From a virus, in the IMG/VR virus record IMGVR_UViG_3300025684_000012: a stretch of DNA of 64,000 bases, one strand, 5' to 3'. Of the stretch, positions 48,006-56,504 are shown piece after piece. The translations under genes were made by a program, and so were the position numbers. Position 1 is the first letter of the stretch. Every line of letters begins with the position of its first letter. The notes under the pieces were generated by a model. That model was not told where the DNA came from. It saw nothing but the letters and a program-made list of their open reading frames with translations, and did not search any database.

Positions 48006-48227
48006 TTATTTCTTCAATATAGTTTCAGAAATTTGTCCATCATACAGTCCATACTGTATTGTGCTTCTGCCCCTCTTGGTCACTAACTTAGCGCCATCAA
48101 ACGAGGTAACGCGTTCCTTTCCCTTCTTCTCTATATCGTTTTTAAATTGCCCCAGGGAATTATAGGTTTTCATCTTGTATTCCTCGTTAATGTTTAAAAG
48201 GTGAGGGAGACGACCGAGAATCCTCAA
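48006..48227 (-). CDS. Hypothetical protein
   Basis: True start likely MKTYNS after GAGGA. Confidence 0.5.
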   Translation of the reverse strand: MRILGRLPHLLNINEEYKMKTYNSLGQFKNDIEKKGKERVTSFDGAKLVTKRGRSTIQYGLYDGQISETILKK

Positions 48228-48384
48228 TCCTTATCCTCATTATCAACCTACGCGTACGCCATAGGAATTACAATCTCAACTGAATAACCACTATCGTAGT
48301 CTGTCACACTACAATCATTTACCCTACTGCCCGTAGGCGTAGGCGCCACAGTGTGCATCGCTGAGAGGCAGGGCGGGTCACTTG

Positions 48385-48798
48385 TTACTTCCCTTTCTGT
48401 TCTACAAACTCATACAGCTCAGCAGCCTTCTTCTTGATTGCTTCTGACGTTGGCATTTCAGGAAATGCTTTCTCAATTGTACTTGCGAGTTCAGTCAATC
48501 GTTCGAGCGTTAAACGCTCATCGACTCGACCATCAAGCATATTGAGTTTTTCGCAGATTTCGTTGTGCAATGTCCAGAAAGCATTCATCTGTACCTCGTA
48601 CTTCGACATTTCAGCATCTCGTGCCATTTCTAGCACTTTAAAACGTAGTTCATATGGATTAGACATAATTGTCTCCTTGTTGTGTGTGTGTTGTGTGTGT
48701 TTTGGAATTTTTAGAGTCATTCCACGACTTTGGAATTTTATAGTGCACCCTCTTCCGAATATGTCAGAAACCACTTTGGAATACTTCGGTTTGTCCAC
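48385..48798 (-). CDS. Conserved hypothetical protein
   Basis: True start likely MSNPYELR (GGAG RBS); KA.ELY.FV C-terminus. Confidence 0.65.
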   Translation of the reverse strand: MDKPKYSKVVSDIFGRGCTIKFQSRGMTLKIPKHTQHTHNKETIMSNPYELRFKVLEMARDAEMSKYEVQMNAFWTLHNEICEKLNMLDGRVDERLTLERLTELASTIEKAFPEMPTSEAIKKKAAELYEFVEQKGK

Positions 48799-49274
48799 TT
48801 CATATCAAACCTGGATTGTTTAGACTGGTAGAATTTTCGGTAAGAGGCGACAGGATCACCTTCTACGATACACTCAGGTTGTGTCTTAAATGCTAGCTTG
48901 AATGCTGTAAACCCACCTCGAGGAATGTTCACAGGGGCGCGCGAGAGCGCAATACCGAACTTCTCCCACGACTTGTGTACCTTACCGTAACGGTGCGTAT
49001 ACTCCCTACACAACTCCATCCAGTGACGATAGTGCCACAGATAGTTTGAGTCCGACTCCATAGTCCACAGAGTAGAGGGATGTTTGGGGTGAGCGATCTT
49101 ATATAGGTCTTCGTTACCACCATCCAGAATACGGTGGGCGGTACATAGCATCTGAGCAGATTCCAACGGCATTTTAACGATGTGCTTATCACACTGAGAA
49201 CGCGCAGAGTCGATTGCATCAGGGAACCTGAATGCTCTCTTCTCATCATACTCGATACCAAATATATTCATCAC
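48738..49274 (-). CDS. Pyrimidine-dimer glycosylase-like (DenV superfamily) protein
   Basis: CDKH.VKM.LE.AQML.T.H, H..HP...W, LC.EY..RY...H. Confidence 0.75.
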   Translation of the reverse strand: MMNIFGIEYDEKRAFRFPDAIDSARSQCDKHIVKMPLESAQMLCTAHRILDGGNEDLYKIAHPKHPSTLWTMESDSNYLWHYRHWMELCREYTHRYGKVHKSWEKFGIALSRAPVNIPRGGFTAFKLAFKTQPECIVEGDPVASYRKFYQSKQSRFDMKWTNRSIPKWFLTYSEEGAL

Positions 49275-49297
49275 ATGCTCCTCAAACCATTACAAAA

Positions 49298-49317
49298 TGG
49301 GCGCCCTAGGGCGCCCA
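49298..49317 (-). terminator. Perfect 20-bp palindrome, probable terminator
   Basis: TGGGCGCCCTAGGGCGCCCA followed by TTTTG on minus strand. Confidence 0.7.
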
Positions 49318-49325
49318 GCTCCAGC

Positions 49326-50300
49326 TTACGCAGCGGTCGCGAACTCAACCGCCTTCTCGATCGCCTTGATCTTACGGGTTTGGTTAGTGCCAAACCAAGC
49401 TGATTGCATACGCTTATCTGCGCTGGTACCCATGTGGTGATCAGTCAAGTACGTGACTGAGTTGAATGCCTGCCACCACGAACCTTCACCAAACTTAGCT
49501 CCAGGCTGAGTCTCCAACGCTGAGAACGCTGCCTGACCATTCTTAGTTAAGTCTGCGATCGTCTTAACCTGGGTCTGCTTGTTCTTAGGTTGATATGTGC
49601 GTGGGAACACTTCGTTGTAGTACTGGATCAAAGACTCAGCGGTAAAACGCTTAGACGCTAAGAAGCTGGCAACTTCCTTATACTGCTCAAACTTATTGTG
49701 AGCAATACCAAGCTGATCTTTGACCATGTCCGCATTGAACTGTGAGCGGTGACCAACTTTAACACCATTTTTAGCTTGACCAGCAATCGCCATCGATAAC
49801 GTGTTGTTACATACAACGCGGATCGGGGAGAAGCGAACGTCAATTGATTGACCATACTTGTGTGGGTTAGACAGCAGCAAGTATGAATCTACCTGGTCGC
49901 CGCCAAGGATATCAAAAGACTCCTTAACCTTAGCTAGACACCAAACGATACGGCCGTCATCCAACGAACCAGCAGTGTGCATCTCCATGTCACCAGCCAT
50001 AACATACTCGTTGAAGAACTCGAATGCATCAGCATTCTGGAGTGGCTCCCAGTTTGGACCGACGTTAGTCAGGATTCTGTTATCTGAAGTGCGTACAAGA
50101 GACTCTTGACCAGTAGCCACTTTCACTCCACCAAGCTCAACGAAAGAGGGAACTTTCTGAACTTTCCAGTCGCATCCAGCCATCTCCATCATCTGACGGG
50201 GAGAGAGGTCATTCGATACTCTTGTACCGAGGCCGTGCCACGGTGTTTCACCAGCGTATGCCATTTGAGCCTGACCGTTAACCATTTCAATATTGTGCAT
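49326..50300 (-). CDS. DUF932-family protein
   Basis: PWHGLG, TAGSL..G..VW.LA, P.RVVC.NTL, W...N.VT...DH. Confidence 0.88.
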   Translation of the reverse strand: MHNIEMVNGQAQMAYAGETPWHGLGTRVSNDLSPRQMMEMAGCDWKVQKVPSFVELGGVKVATGQESLVRTSDNRILTNVGPNWEPLQNADAFEFFNEYVMAGDMEMHTAGSLDDGRIVWCLAKVKESFDILGGDQVDSYLLLSNPHKYGQSIDVRFSPIRVVCNNTLSMAIAGQAKNGVKVGHRSQFNADMVKDQLGIAHNKFEQYKEVASFLASKRFTAESLIQYYNEVFPRTYQPKNKQTQVKTIADLTKNGQAAFSALETQPGAKFGEGSWWQAFNSVTYLTDHHMGTSADKRMQSAWFGTNQTRKIKAIEKAVEFATAA

Positions 50301-50342
50301 AATGTATTCCTCTTAGGGGTTAATTTCTCAATTGTTGGGGTA

Positions 50343-50372
50343 ATTATAAGGGATTGTTTGTGTAAAGTCAAC
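50343..50372 (-). promoter_or_regulatory. Sigma70-type early promoter (TTGACT-17-TATAAT)
   Basis: Consensus boxes; similar ones at 18067-18096, 54209-54237, 59978-60007, 60946-60975. Confidence 0.75.
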
Positions 50373-50670
50373 CGATTTAGCTATATTTTTTTCGGCAATA
50401 TTACGTATTTTTCATCCTGTAGTAATCGCGGACATTGTCCCAACCACATTCAGTCAATCTAAAGGTGCCAGCTGGTAGGATCCAGGTTTCGCCGTTTTTG
50501 AATCGTAGATACATCATAAAAAAGCCCTCATTCATTCAATATAAGGTATTGTACTATATTGACGAAGTGAGGGCAACAGTATCCATCGTTTTATTTGAGG
50601 ATTAATAAGAAGTGCTAGATTTGCGATCGTAGGCACGACTCCACGATCGATGGCTCTAGCTGGCCGCCTG

Positions 50671-51225
50671 CTACGGTCGTTTTAAACGACCTAAGGTAGC
50701 GCAGGTTCGTTGTAATACTGTAGCAACCCAATCACTATCTACATCTAGATATGTTGTGTATTGTTGTTCCTGGGAGTGTTGATTTAACAAGGCTATAATG
50801 TCGTTATCCACCTGTTGTGACTGTTGTTCGTTATGTAGCCGTCCATTATCACTAAACTGATGACAACGTGGTATAACGAAGTTGACACGGGAGTACATTG
50901 TATGAACTTCCCAGATCAAGTCATCCAACACTGAAGAATATTTATCGTCGTTCCACAGGTGTCTATACACTATACCCAACAAAGATGGTGAATCAGTCAC
51001 TACAACGTCGACCTTGCCTTTGAGACGATTAATTCTATGATGTTGTTGGGCTGCTACCAGGAACTGATCCTGGAGCAACCTTTCACAATCCGACCAAATT
51101 AAATCTTTAGCAAATTCGCTTACATACTCTACAGCGTAACCTTTCTTCGATAGTTCAGCGTACACTTGAGCAGCTAATGTGCTCTTGCCTACACCTGGAC
51201 CTCCGAATAGATTAACTACCAGCAT
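50671..51225 (-). CDS. P-loop nucleoside/nucleotide kinase (AAA_28-like)
   Basis: GGPGVGKST, EFAK, VTDSP. Confidence 0.8.
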   Translation of the reverse strand: MLVVNLFGGPGVGKSTLAAQVYAELSKKGYAVEYVSEFAKDLIWSDCERLLQDQFLVAAQQHHRINRLKGKVDVVVTDSPSLLGIVYRHLWNDDKYSSVLDDLIWEVHTMYSRVNFVIPRCHQFSDNGRLHNEQQSQQVDNDIIALLNQHSQEQQYTTYLDVDSDWVATVLQRTCATLGRLKRP

Positions 51226-51721
51226 ACAGCTTGTCGTCCATCTTGCCAGTGCCATAGTCACCACTATAATTGTGTAGTGCTTCAGCCTCCCAGATTAACA
51301 TCTGACCAACGCGAGTACCCTTCTGGATAATAGCGCGACCCGAGTTGTTGTGAATCACACCAGCCATCACACCCGAATAGCCGGTATCGTATAGCCCTGA
51401 AGTCAGGAACAGCCCATTGCGGTTCAGGGTAGAACGAGTGATGATGAACCCAGCTTCGCCCTCACCAATCATTACAGAGCCCTCAGCCAAGAACTCGTAC
51501 GATGTACCAGGCTCGAGCTCGAAGTTACCAAACTCATCTGGTTTAATCTCTACTGAACCACGATGCTGTTTGATATCCTCGTTGATATGAAACAGCTCGT
51601 CGTGCTTGATCGCAAACAACTTGTCAATCTTAACATCAACTGCATTCGGTTGTACTTGGCTTTGTTCAATAATAGACAAAGCCGAGCGAGTTTGATCACT
51701 CGCAATATTTTTCATACTCAT
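51212..51721 (-). CDS. Trimeric dUTPase / dCTP-deaminase family protein
   Basis: QPNAVD, RSTLNRNG, YDTGYSG, GTRVGQ. Confidence 0.85.
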   Translation of the reverse strand: MSMKNIASDQTRSALSIIEQSQVQPNAVDVKIDKLFAIKHDELFHINEDIKQHRGSVEIKPDEFGNFELEPGTSYEFLAEGSVMIGEGEAGFIITRSTLNRNGLFLTSGLYDTGYSGVMAGVIHNNSGRAIIQKGTRVGQMLIWEAEALHNYSGDYGTGKMDDKLYAGS

Positions 51722-51723
51722 TG

Positions 51724-51933
51724 TTATAGTCCCAATACCCTACTAACATCTTGATTCTCGTTCAGAGAACCTCCACTGCGCAAATGATCGACTAGCTGTT
51801 CAAAGTAAAAGGATGCTTCCTCTTTACCCGACAGCTTCAGCTGATCACTGCAACGGGTAAGAAACCGTACGGTTCCCATACCAGTATTATCATTCATAGC
51901 CGCTGGTTTCATTCTAGCGTTTCTCTGATACAT
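51724..51933 (-). CDS. Hypothetical protein
   Basis: In operon. Confidence 0.55.
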   Translation of the reverse strand: MYQRNARMKPAAMNDNTGMGTVRFLTRCSDQLKLSGKEEASFYFEQLVDHLRSGGSLNENQDVSRVLGL

Positions 51934-51936
51934 AAT

Positions 51937-52248
51937 CTAATCCACATCCACTTCTTCGGTAGACTTGTTCTCCGGATACCCTAACGAGTTGAGTAAGAAC
52001 ACACAGTAGTGCATGATCTTAATTACATCCTTAGGATTATACCCAGCCTTTTTACCGAAGCGCTTATAGTATTTCGAGATGTTGCTCAGAAAAGCCTCTT
52101 TCTCAATACCCATGTCGGTCCAGTCGTCGACTACGTCGCGACCATTCTCGTTGGTGTAGTGAGCGTCATATGTGGAGTTGATGTACTCCATAAATTCGCG
52201 AACAATCTTAGCTTCGTTACGTTTATAGTTTATGCCCATTCTTACCAT
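51937..52248 (-). CDS. DUF3310 / T7 gp1.7-like nucleotide kinase domain protein
   Basis: TY..HY, N..KY..R.GKK......D..K..HY. Confidence 0.7.
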   Translation of the reverse strand: MVRMGINYKRNEAKIVREFMEYINSTYDAHYTNENGRDVVDDWTDMGIEKEAFLSNISKYYKRFGKKAGYNPKDVIKIMHYCVFLLNSLGYPENKSTEEVDVD

Positions 52249-53099
52249 CCCTCACATAGCATGTCTATATAATCGATATTGTTAAATACCGCTTCATCTA
52301 GTACGGGATTATCGCATAAAGGTAGATCGAAGTCAACTTCTTTTTCAAACTTACCATCAACCAATCCTGAAGGACTGTTGTCAAACTCCATGGCGTGGAG
52401 ACCCAACCATACAGCAGCTGACGAATCCCAGGTATCGATGTACCGATGATACTCAGAAACCAGTTCGATTTCATTTGGACCATCTACCATCCCAAGAAAG
52501 TGAATCTTCTGACCGTTGCGCTTGAACAAATCCAGGATACCGTTGTCATCAAGAATCTGCATGATCTTCCAGCGCGCTAGGAACCGTTGCAGCTTGTTAT
52601 CGCGCTCGACTCCAAATGCTAACGGAGCTCCTAGGATAGATACCCCAACATAATCGACGAGCTCAGGATTATCAGCAGCCCATTCGAACGCACTAATATA
52701 GTCATGCAGATCACATTCCTCCGACTGAGGAACGAAGAATGTACCGAACCCAGCTTGCTTGAGTTCTGGTGCCATTCTGATAGCAGCATCAATAGTCTTT
52801 TGTGCTGGCTCGCCTGGATAATCAGACATAACGATATAATCGGCACCGATGTTGTTACCCATCTCGATTAGCTTTTCCGATGGGTACATTTCGCGTCCCT
52901 GCTTATACATCTCGAACGCCGAGTTGTCCATAACTATGCTGCAGTTAGCTCGAGCTTTTTGTTGCACATAAAAATCAGTATATGACTGATCCTGCTCAAT
53001 CAAATGAGCTAGCGTGAGGTGAAATGGACGGTCGGAACAGTACAGGCTTAGATAGGCAGTTGGACTGATGTGAGCAAAGTCAATCATAATATTCTCCAC
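52242..53099 (-). CDS. dpdA: TGT/DpdA-like TIM-barrel (7-deazaguanine insertion enzyme, DpdA3-type candidate)
   Basis: IVMDNSAFE, D..V..D.P, FVPQ, IHFLG, IDTWDSS motifs parallel TGT/DpdA; lies within queE/queD/folE locus. Confidence 0.62.
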   Translation of the reverse strand: MENIMIDFAHISPTAYLSLYCSDRPFHLTLAHLIEQDQSYTDFYVQQKARANCSIVMDNSAFEMYKQGREMYPSEKLIEMGNNIGADYIVMSDYPGEPAQKTIDAAIRMAPELKQAGFGTFFVPQSEECDLHDYISAFEWAADNPELVDYVGVSILGAPLAFGVERDNKLQRFLARWKIMQILDDNGILDLFKRNGQKIHFLGMVDGPNEIELVSEYHRYIDTWDSSAAVWLGLHAMEFDNSPSGLVDGKFEKEVDFDLPLCDNPVLDEAVFNNIDYIDMLCEGW

Positions 53100-53113
53100 A
53101 ATAAATTCATTAT

Positions 53114-53152
53114 ATTATACAATAAAAAAGGGGGTTTGTCAACCCCCCTTTT
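53114..53152 (-). promoter_or_regulatory. Terminator hairpin overlapping a sigma70 promoter for the dpdA-like operon
   Basis: AAAAAAGGGGGTT-TGTC-AACCCCCCTTTT hairpin contains -35 TTGACA (53137-53142); 17 bp spacer; TATAAT at 53114-53119. Confidence 0.75.
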
Positions 53153-53153
53153 C

Positions 53154-53372
53154 TTAGTAACTATCCATGAAGTTAGTTACGTGCATCTCGAAGTTTTTGG
53201 TGTTACCAAATTTCTTCTTATACTTCTTTTTAAGCTCTGTATGGTCAATGTTGGTATCACCCATATGATGGAACACGAACTTACGCTCTTCGTGCTCTTT
53301 ACCTTTACCTTCCAACACAGCCTCAACGGAAGCGATTAGATCTTTTAGATCATCTTTAGCATTCGGAGTCAT
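53154..53372 (-). CDS. Hypothetical protein
   Basis: In operon. Confidence 0.55.
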   Translation of the reverse strand: MTPNAKDDLKDLIASVEAVLEGKGKEHEERKFVFHHMGDTNIDHTELKKKYKKKFGNTKNFEMHVTNFMDSY

Positions 53373-53381
53373 TATTATATC

Positions 53382-53753
53382 CTAGTTGTTGTCGACAGTG
53401 TACACTGCAGTTGCCCCATTCTCATTATCTTCTGATATGGAGATGCGGAGGTTCCTACCAGGGTATTTATCTAAAACATAGTCTGAGAGGTCATCACATA
53501 GCATCTCACACGATTTATAGTCGAGCTGTAAGGTACCCTGGTCGTATAGACCTTCCAACTCTCTCTTGAATAGAATAAATTCTACATCGCGATCGTCATG
53601 GAACACCTGCATCTCCACCTCGAAGTGGAACATATGGCGGTGTGGATGTCCCAAGAACGATACTTCGGCTAACTTAGGATCAGTCAAAGCAGCGGGGTAC
53701 TTATGTATACCCTCTTTCTGAAAACGTACCCATATTGTCTTATCTACTTTCAT
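53382..53753 (-). CDS. dpdL: QueD-paralogue T-fold protein (DpdL-like CDG decarboxylase candidate)
   Basis: EGIH, LGHPHRHMF (LxxxHRHxF), SCE, SED.ENGA; lacks the QueD CxxxHGH motif. Confidence 0.65.
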   Translation of the reverse strand: MKVDKTIWVRFQKEGIHKYPAALTDPKLAEVSFLGHPHRHMFHFEVEMQVFHDDRDVEFILFKRELEGLYDQGTLQLDYKSCEMLCDDLSDYVLDKYPGRNLRISISEDNENGATAVYTVDNN

Positions 53754-53763
53754 AACTACTTCC

Positions 53764-54177
53764 TTACACTGTAACGTTTAACTGGTGAAAACATTCGAAT
53801 GCTAATCCGGTTTCGTGTTTGAATGCTTCCTTCTCCCACGGAGCGTTCTCGTACGAAGTGTTGGAATGATTCTTAGCTTTCCACATAGTCTTACCTTGTC
53901 TCTCACGAAGCTCCTTACGAGCATACTGTTTAACGTGAATCATCTCATGACACACAGTACTAATTAGGTCGAACAACGACAGGTCGCGCTGAATAGACAA
54001 CGTATACTCGCGGTCCGTTTCCTGTAAACAATACCCATAAGCATCGATCTTACCAAGCTGGAGAGTGATGTCTAATGTTCTCATCCGAGGCATCAGTTTA
54101 CGTATACACCAATAAACGGTCTTCTCAGCTATTTCACGCTCTTTAACCCGTCCACCAATAACAGTCACTGTATTCAT
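53764..54177 (-). CDS. HExxH metallopeptidase-like protein
   Basis: CHEMIHVKQ ... PWEKEA. Confidence 0.7.
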   Translation of the reverse strand: MNTVTVIGGRVKEREIAEKTVYWCIRKLMPRMRTLDITLQLGKIDAYGYCLQETDREYTLSIQRDLSLFDLISTVCHEMIHVKQYARKELRERQGKTMWKAKNHSNTSYENAPWEKEAFKHETGLAFECFHQLNVTV

Positions 54178-54304
54178 AATATAAGCTCTCTCAATTGATT
54201 ACAGGTACATTATACGCAAATCTAGAAGAAAGACAACAGGGAGCAACGAAAAACAATTCGTTTGAAATCAACAGGTTACAAATTATTTGCCTTTTTGCTG
54301 ATTT

Positions 54305-54631
54305 TTATACTTGAGTGAATCCCTTCCTATTCATCCGGATCGACGTTTCGTAGGGATACTGGTCGTGGTTGAGAGGGGGGTTGAGCATACGTATGATCAT
54401 CCCTTCTTCAATTTCACCCTGAATGCGTGATATCTCGCGAGGCTCCTGGACCCACCTAAACTGCCACTTGTGACCAACAGAATTCAATTGACCACGGAAC
54501 CGTGTCCATTTTCCGTTAGGGAACTTAGCGTAGTTGCGATGATTCCACTCAAGCTGTTGCAGTGACTTCCCGCTGCTTCCCACATACATCAGAGAATCAT
54601 CTTCCGCGTAACATCCGTAATGACCAATCAT
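54305..54631 (-). CDS. GIY-YIG-like nuclease
   Basis: GHYG........YVGSS, E...I....P.LN. Confidence 0.6.
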   Translation of the reverse strand: MIGHYGCYAEDDSLMYVGSSGKSLQQLEWNHRNYAKFPNGKWTRFRGQLNSVGHKWQFRWVQEPREISRIQGEIEEGMIIRMLNPPLNHDQYPYETSIRMNRKGFTQV

Positions 54632-54840
54632 ACTCTAACCACCGCATCTTTGTCACGCAGTAAGATGTCCTTCGCCAGGTTGTCCAATTTGTAAGCATTA
54701 GCAGAAACTGCTATAGCTAGAAACTTTCTGGCTTGTGACTGGTATTGAAAACTACTGATCATTTGGTTAACCAATTCGCGTTTCTGGTCAACATCTTTGG
54801 TGGACCAAACTTGTTGGGCTAATTTATCAAAATTTCTCAT
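54628..54840 (-). CDS. Hypothetical protein
   Basis: AGGAG RBS. Confidence 0.55.
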   Translation of the reverse strand: MRNFDKLAQQVWSTKDVDQKRELVNQMISSFQYQSQARKFLAIAVSANAYKLDNLAKDILLRDKDAVVRV

Positions 54841-54859
54841 TATGTAACACTCCTATTAA

Positions 54860-55507
54860 TTAGGCTACAAGGGATAGTGTACCTGCTTTTCCGACATGAG
54901 TAAACGCTTCTCTCCAATTATTTTTCGAGAATGTCACGCAGGCATAGTGAGAGCGTAACAACGGCTTCTTGGCGTTGGAAACAGGCTTGATCACTAACAA
55001 GCGCGACACCTTGGGAGAGTCTGCATACTTGTCGAATAACTCAGGATCCGTAAAGTTGGATCCGAGCTTCTTCAGCTCAGTGGTGTGCTGGTCGGTAACA
55101 ATATCATACCCAGCCATATTGTCGATCCCAAACACACTCCCTCTGTCGTAGAAGCAAAAGAAAAACTCACCAGGACCAACTTGCACATTGCCCGGCTTGT
55201 AATTCATTAAAGCATATTCGGTAATAGCGTATAGGGGGTGCGATGTAATGGCGGGACTTAGTAAATCGCTCACTTGATGCAGCTTGCCATCATCTACGAC
55301 ACCAACAATCTCATGTACTTGAGCCACTGTGAGAAACATAGTGATGTCCTCAGTGGTCAATGTATTCTCATGAGCTGCCCCACACAATATACCGGTTAAC
55401 TCACGAACGAAGATCGGATAGTCTTGGGAGTTCTTAGGATTACACAATCCTTCCCGTGATTGTAAAAATTCGTCGACTCGGTTATAAACAACAGAATAAT
55501 TGATCAT
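54860..55507 (-). CDS. Putative PD-(D/E)XK nuclease-like protein
   Basis: VGPGE ... GYDI......ELK; likely start MINYS. Confidence 0.5.
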   Translation of the reverse strand: MINYSVVYNRVDEFLQSREGLCNPKNSQDYPIFVRELTGILCGAAHENTLTTEDITMFLTVAQVHEIVGVVDDGKLHQVSDLLSPAITSHPLYAITEYALMNYKPGNVQVGPGEFFFCFYDRGSVFGIDNMAGYDIVTDQHTTELKKLGSNFTDPELFDKYADSPKVSRLLVIKPVSNAKKPLLRSHYACVTFSKNNWREAFTHVGKAGTLSLVA

Positions 55508-55576
55508 AATATAACTCGCAGCAGTGTGTATAGTAAAGGACCCTAAGGAGACTCGCCCCAATAGGGTCCGACAAAA

Positions 55577-56251
55577 CTATCGGTTGATGTTAGCCATCAC
55601 TTCTTTACGTAAGTCGTTATCAGCTTCACCAAACCTACCGAGACAGCAAGCGGTGACAGTCGACGACTGGGTATCTTTGATCCCACGTTGACTGACGCAT
55701 GTGTGACCAGCTTCAATCACAACCATTACATCATCGCTACCCGTAATAAACGCAATCGCGTGGGCAATCTGCTGGTTCAATCGCTCTTGAACCTGAGGAC
55801 GCTGGGCGAAGTATTGAGTGATACGGTTTAGCTTAGATAGACCCAACACCTTCTCGCCTGGGATGTAAGCAATGTGAGCTTGACCGATGATAGGACGTAG
55901 GTGGTGTTCACAATCGGAGTACAAGGTGACGTTCTTCTCTAGTACGAATTCGTCTCCACTACAGAACTTATTCTCAACAGTGGTGCACTTAGGGAACGTG
56001 TCGTACCGTAAGCCAGAGAAGATCTCATCGACGTACATCTTAGCTACGCGCATTGGCGTCTCTTCTAACGAATCGTCTGTTAGATCAAGTCCTAGGACTT
56101 GCAACATCTCTTCAGTTAGCGATGCGATCTTATGAATCTTGTATTCCCGATCCTCTTTAACGAGGGGGGTGATAGGAGTGTTGATACCGAGGGTATCGAG
56201 GTGCTTGTTAACTAGACGACCTAGTTCAGCATTAGATTTAGACATTAACAT
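55577..56251 (-). CDS. folE: GTP cyclohydrolase I
   Basis: ETP.RVAKM, CEHH, GLSKLNR, RPQVQERL, H.C...RG. Confidence 0.96.
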   Translation of the reverse strand: MLMSKSNAELGRLVNKHLDTLGINTPITPLVKEDREYKIHKIASLTEEMLQVLGLDLTDDSLEETPMRVAKMYVDEIFSGLRYDTFPKCTTVENKFCSGDEFVLEKNVTLYSDCEHHLRPIIGQAHIAYIPGEKVLGLSKLNRITQYFAQRPQVQERLNQQIAHAIAFITGSDDVMVVIEAGHTCVSQRGIKDTQSSTVTACCLGRFGEADNDLRKEVMANINR

Positions 56252-56342
56252 ATTCCTTTCGAGTTAGTTTAACGTCAGCAAAAAGGGCAAGGGCTGACAC
56301 CTTGGCCGGTATACTGTACCGGAAAACCACTATTATATATCA

Positions 56343-56504
56343 TTACAACTCTTCGATTATACCCAGAGTTTCTGCAAAGATCAACAGGGCACCACCAATA
56401 AAAATTGATCCTAAACAAAACGCTACACCAGCTGCAATCCGCACAGCTGATTTGGCTAGGCTGACGTAGAAATGAAATAATCCTGGATCTTTACTAGCTG
56501 TCAT
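56343..56504 (-). CDS. Small membrane protein (53 aa; not in ORF track)
   Basis: MTASKDPGLFHFYVSLAKSAVRIAAGVAFCLGSIFIGGALLIFAETLGIIEEL; overlaps queD stop. Confidence 0.65.
   Translation of the reverse strand: MTASKDPGLFHFYVSLAKSAVRIAAGVAFCLGSIFIGGALLIFAETLGIIEEL

Noticed and set aside
48678-48700. TG-rich microsatellite-like run
   Set aside because: Corresponds to a CA-rich unstructured leader before an RBS on the minus strand; too short to call a repeat element
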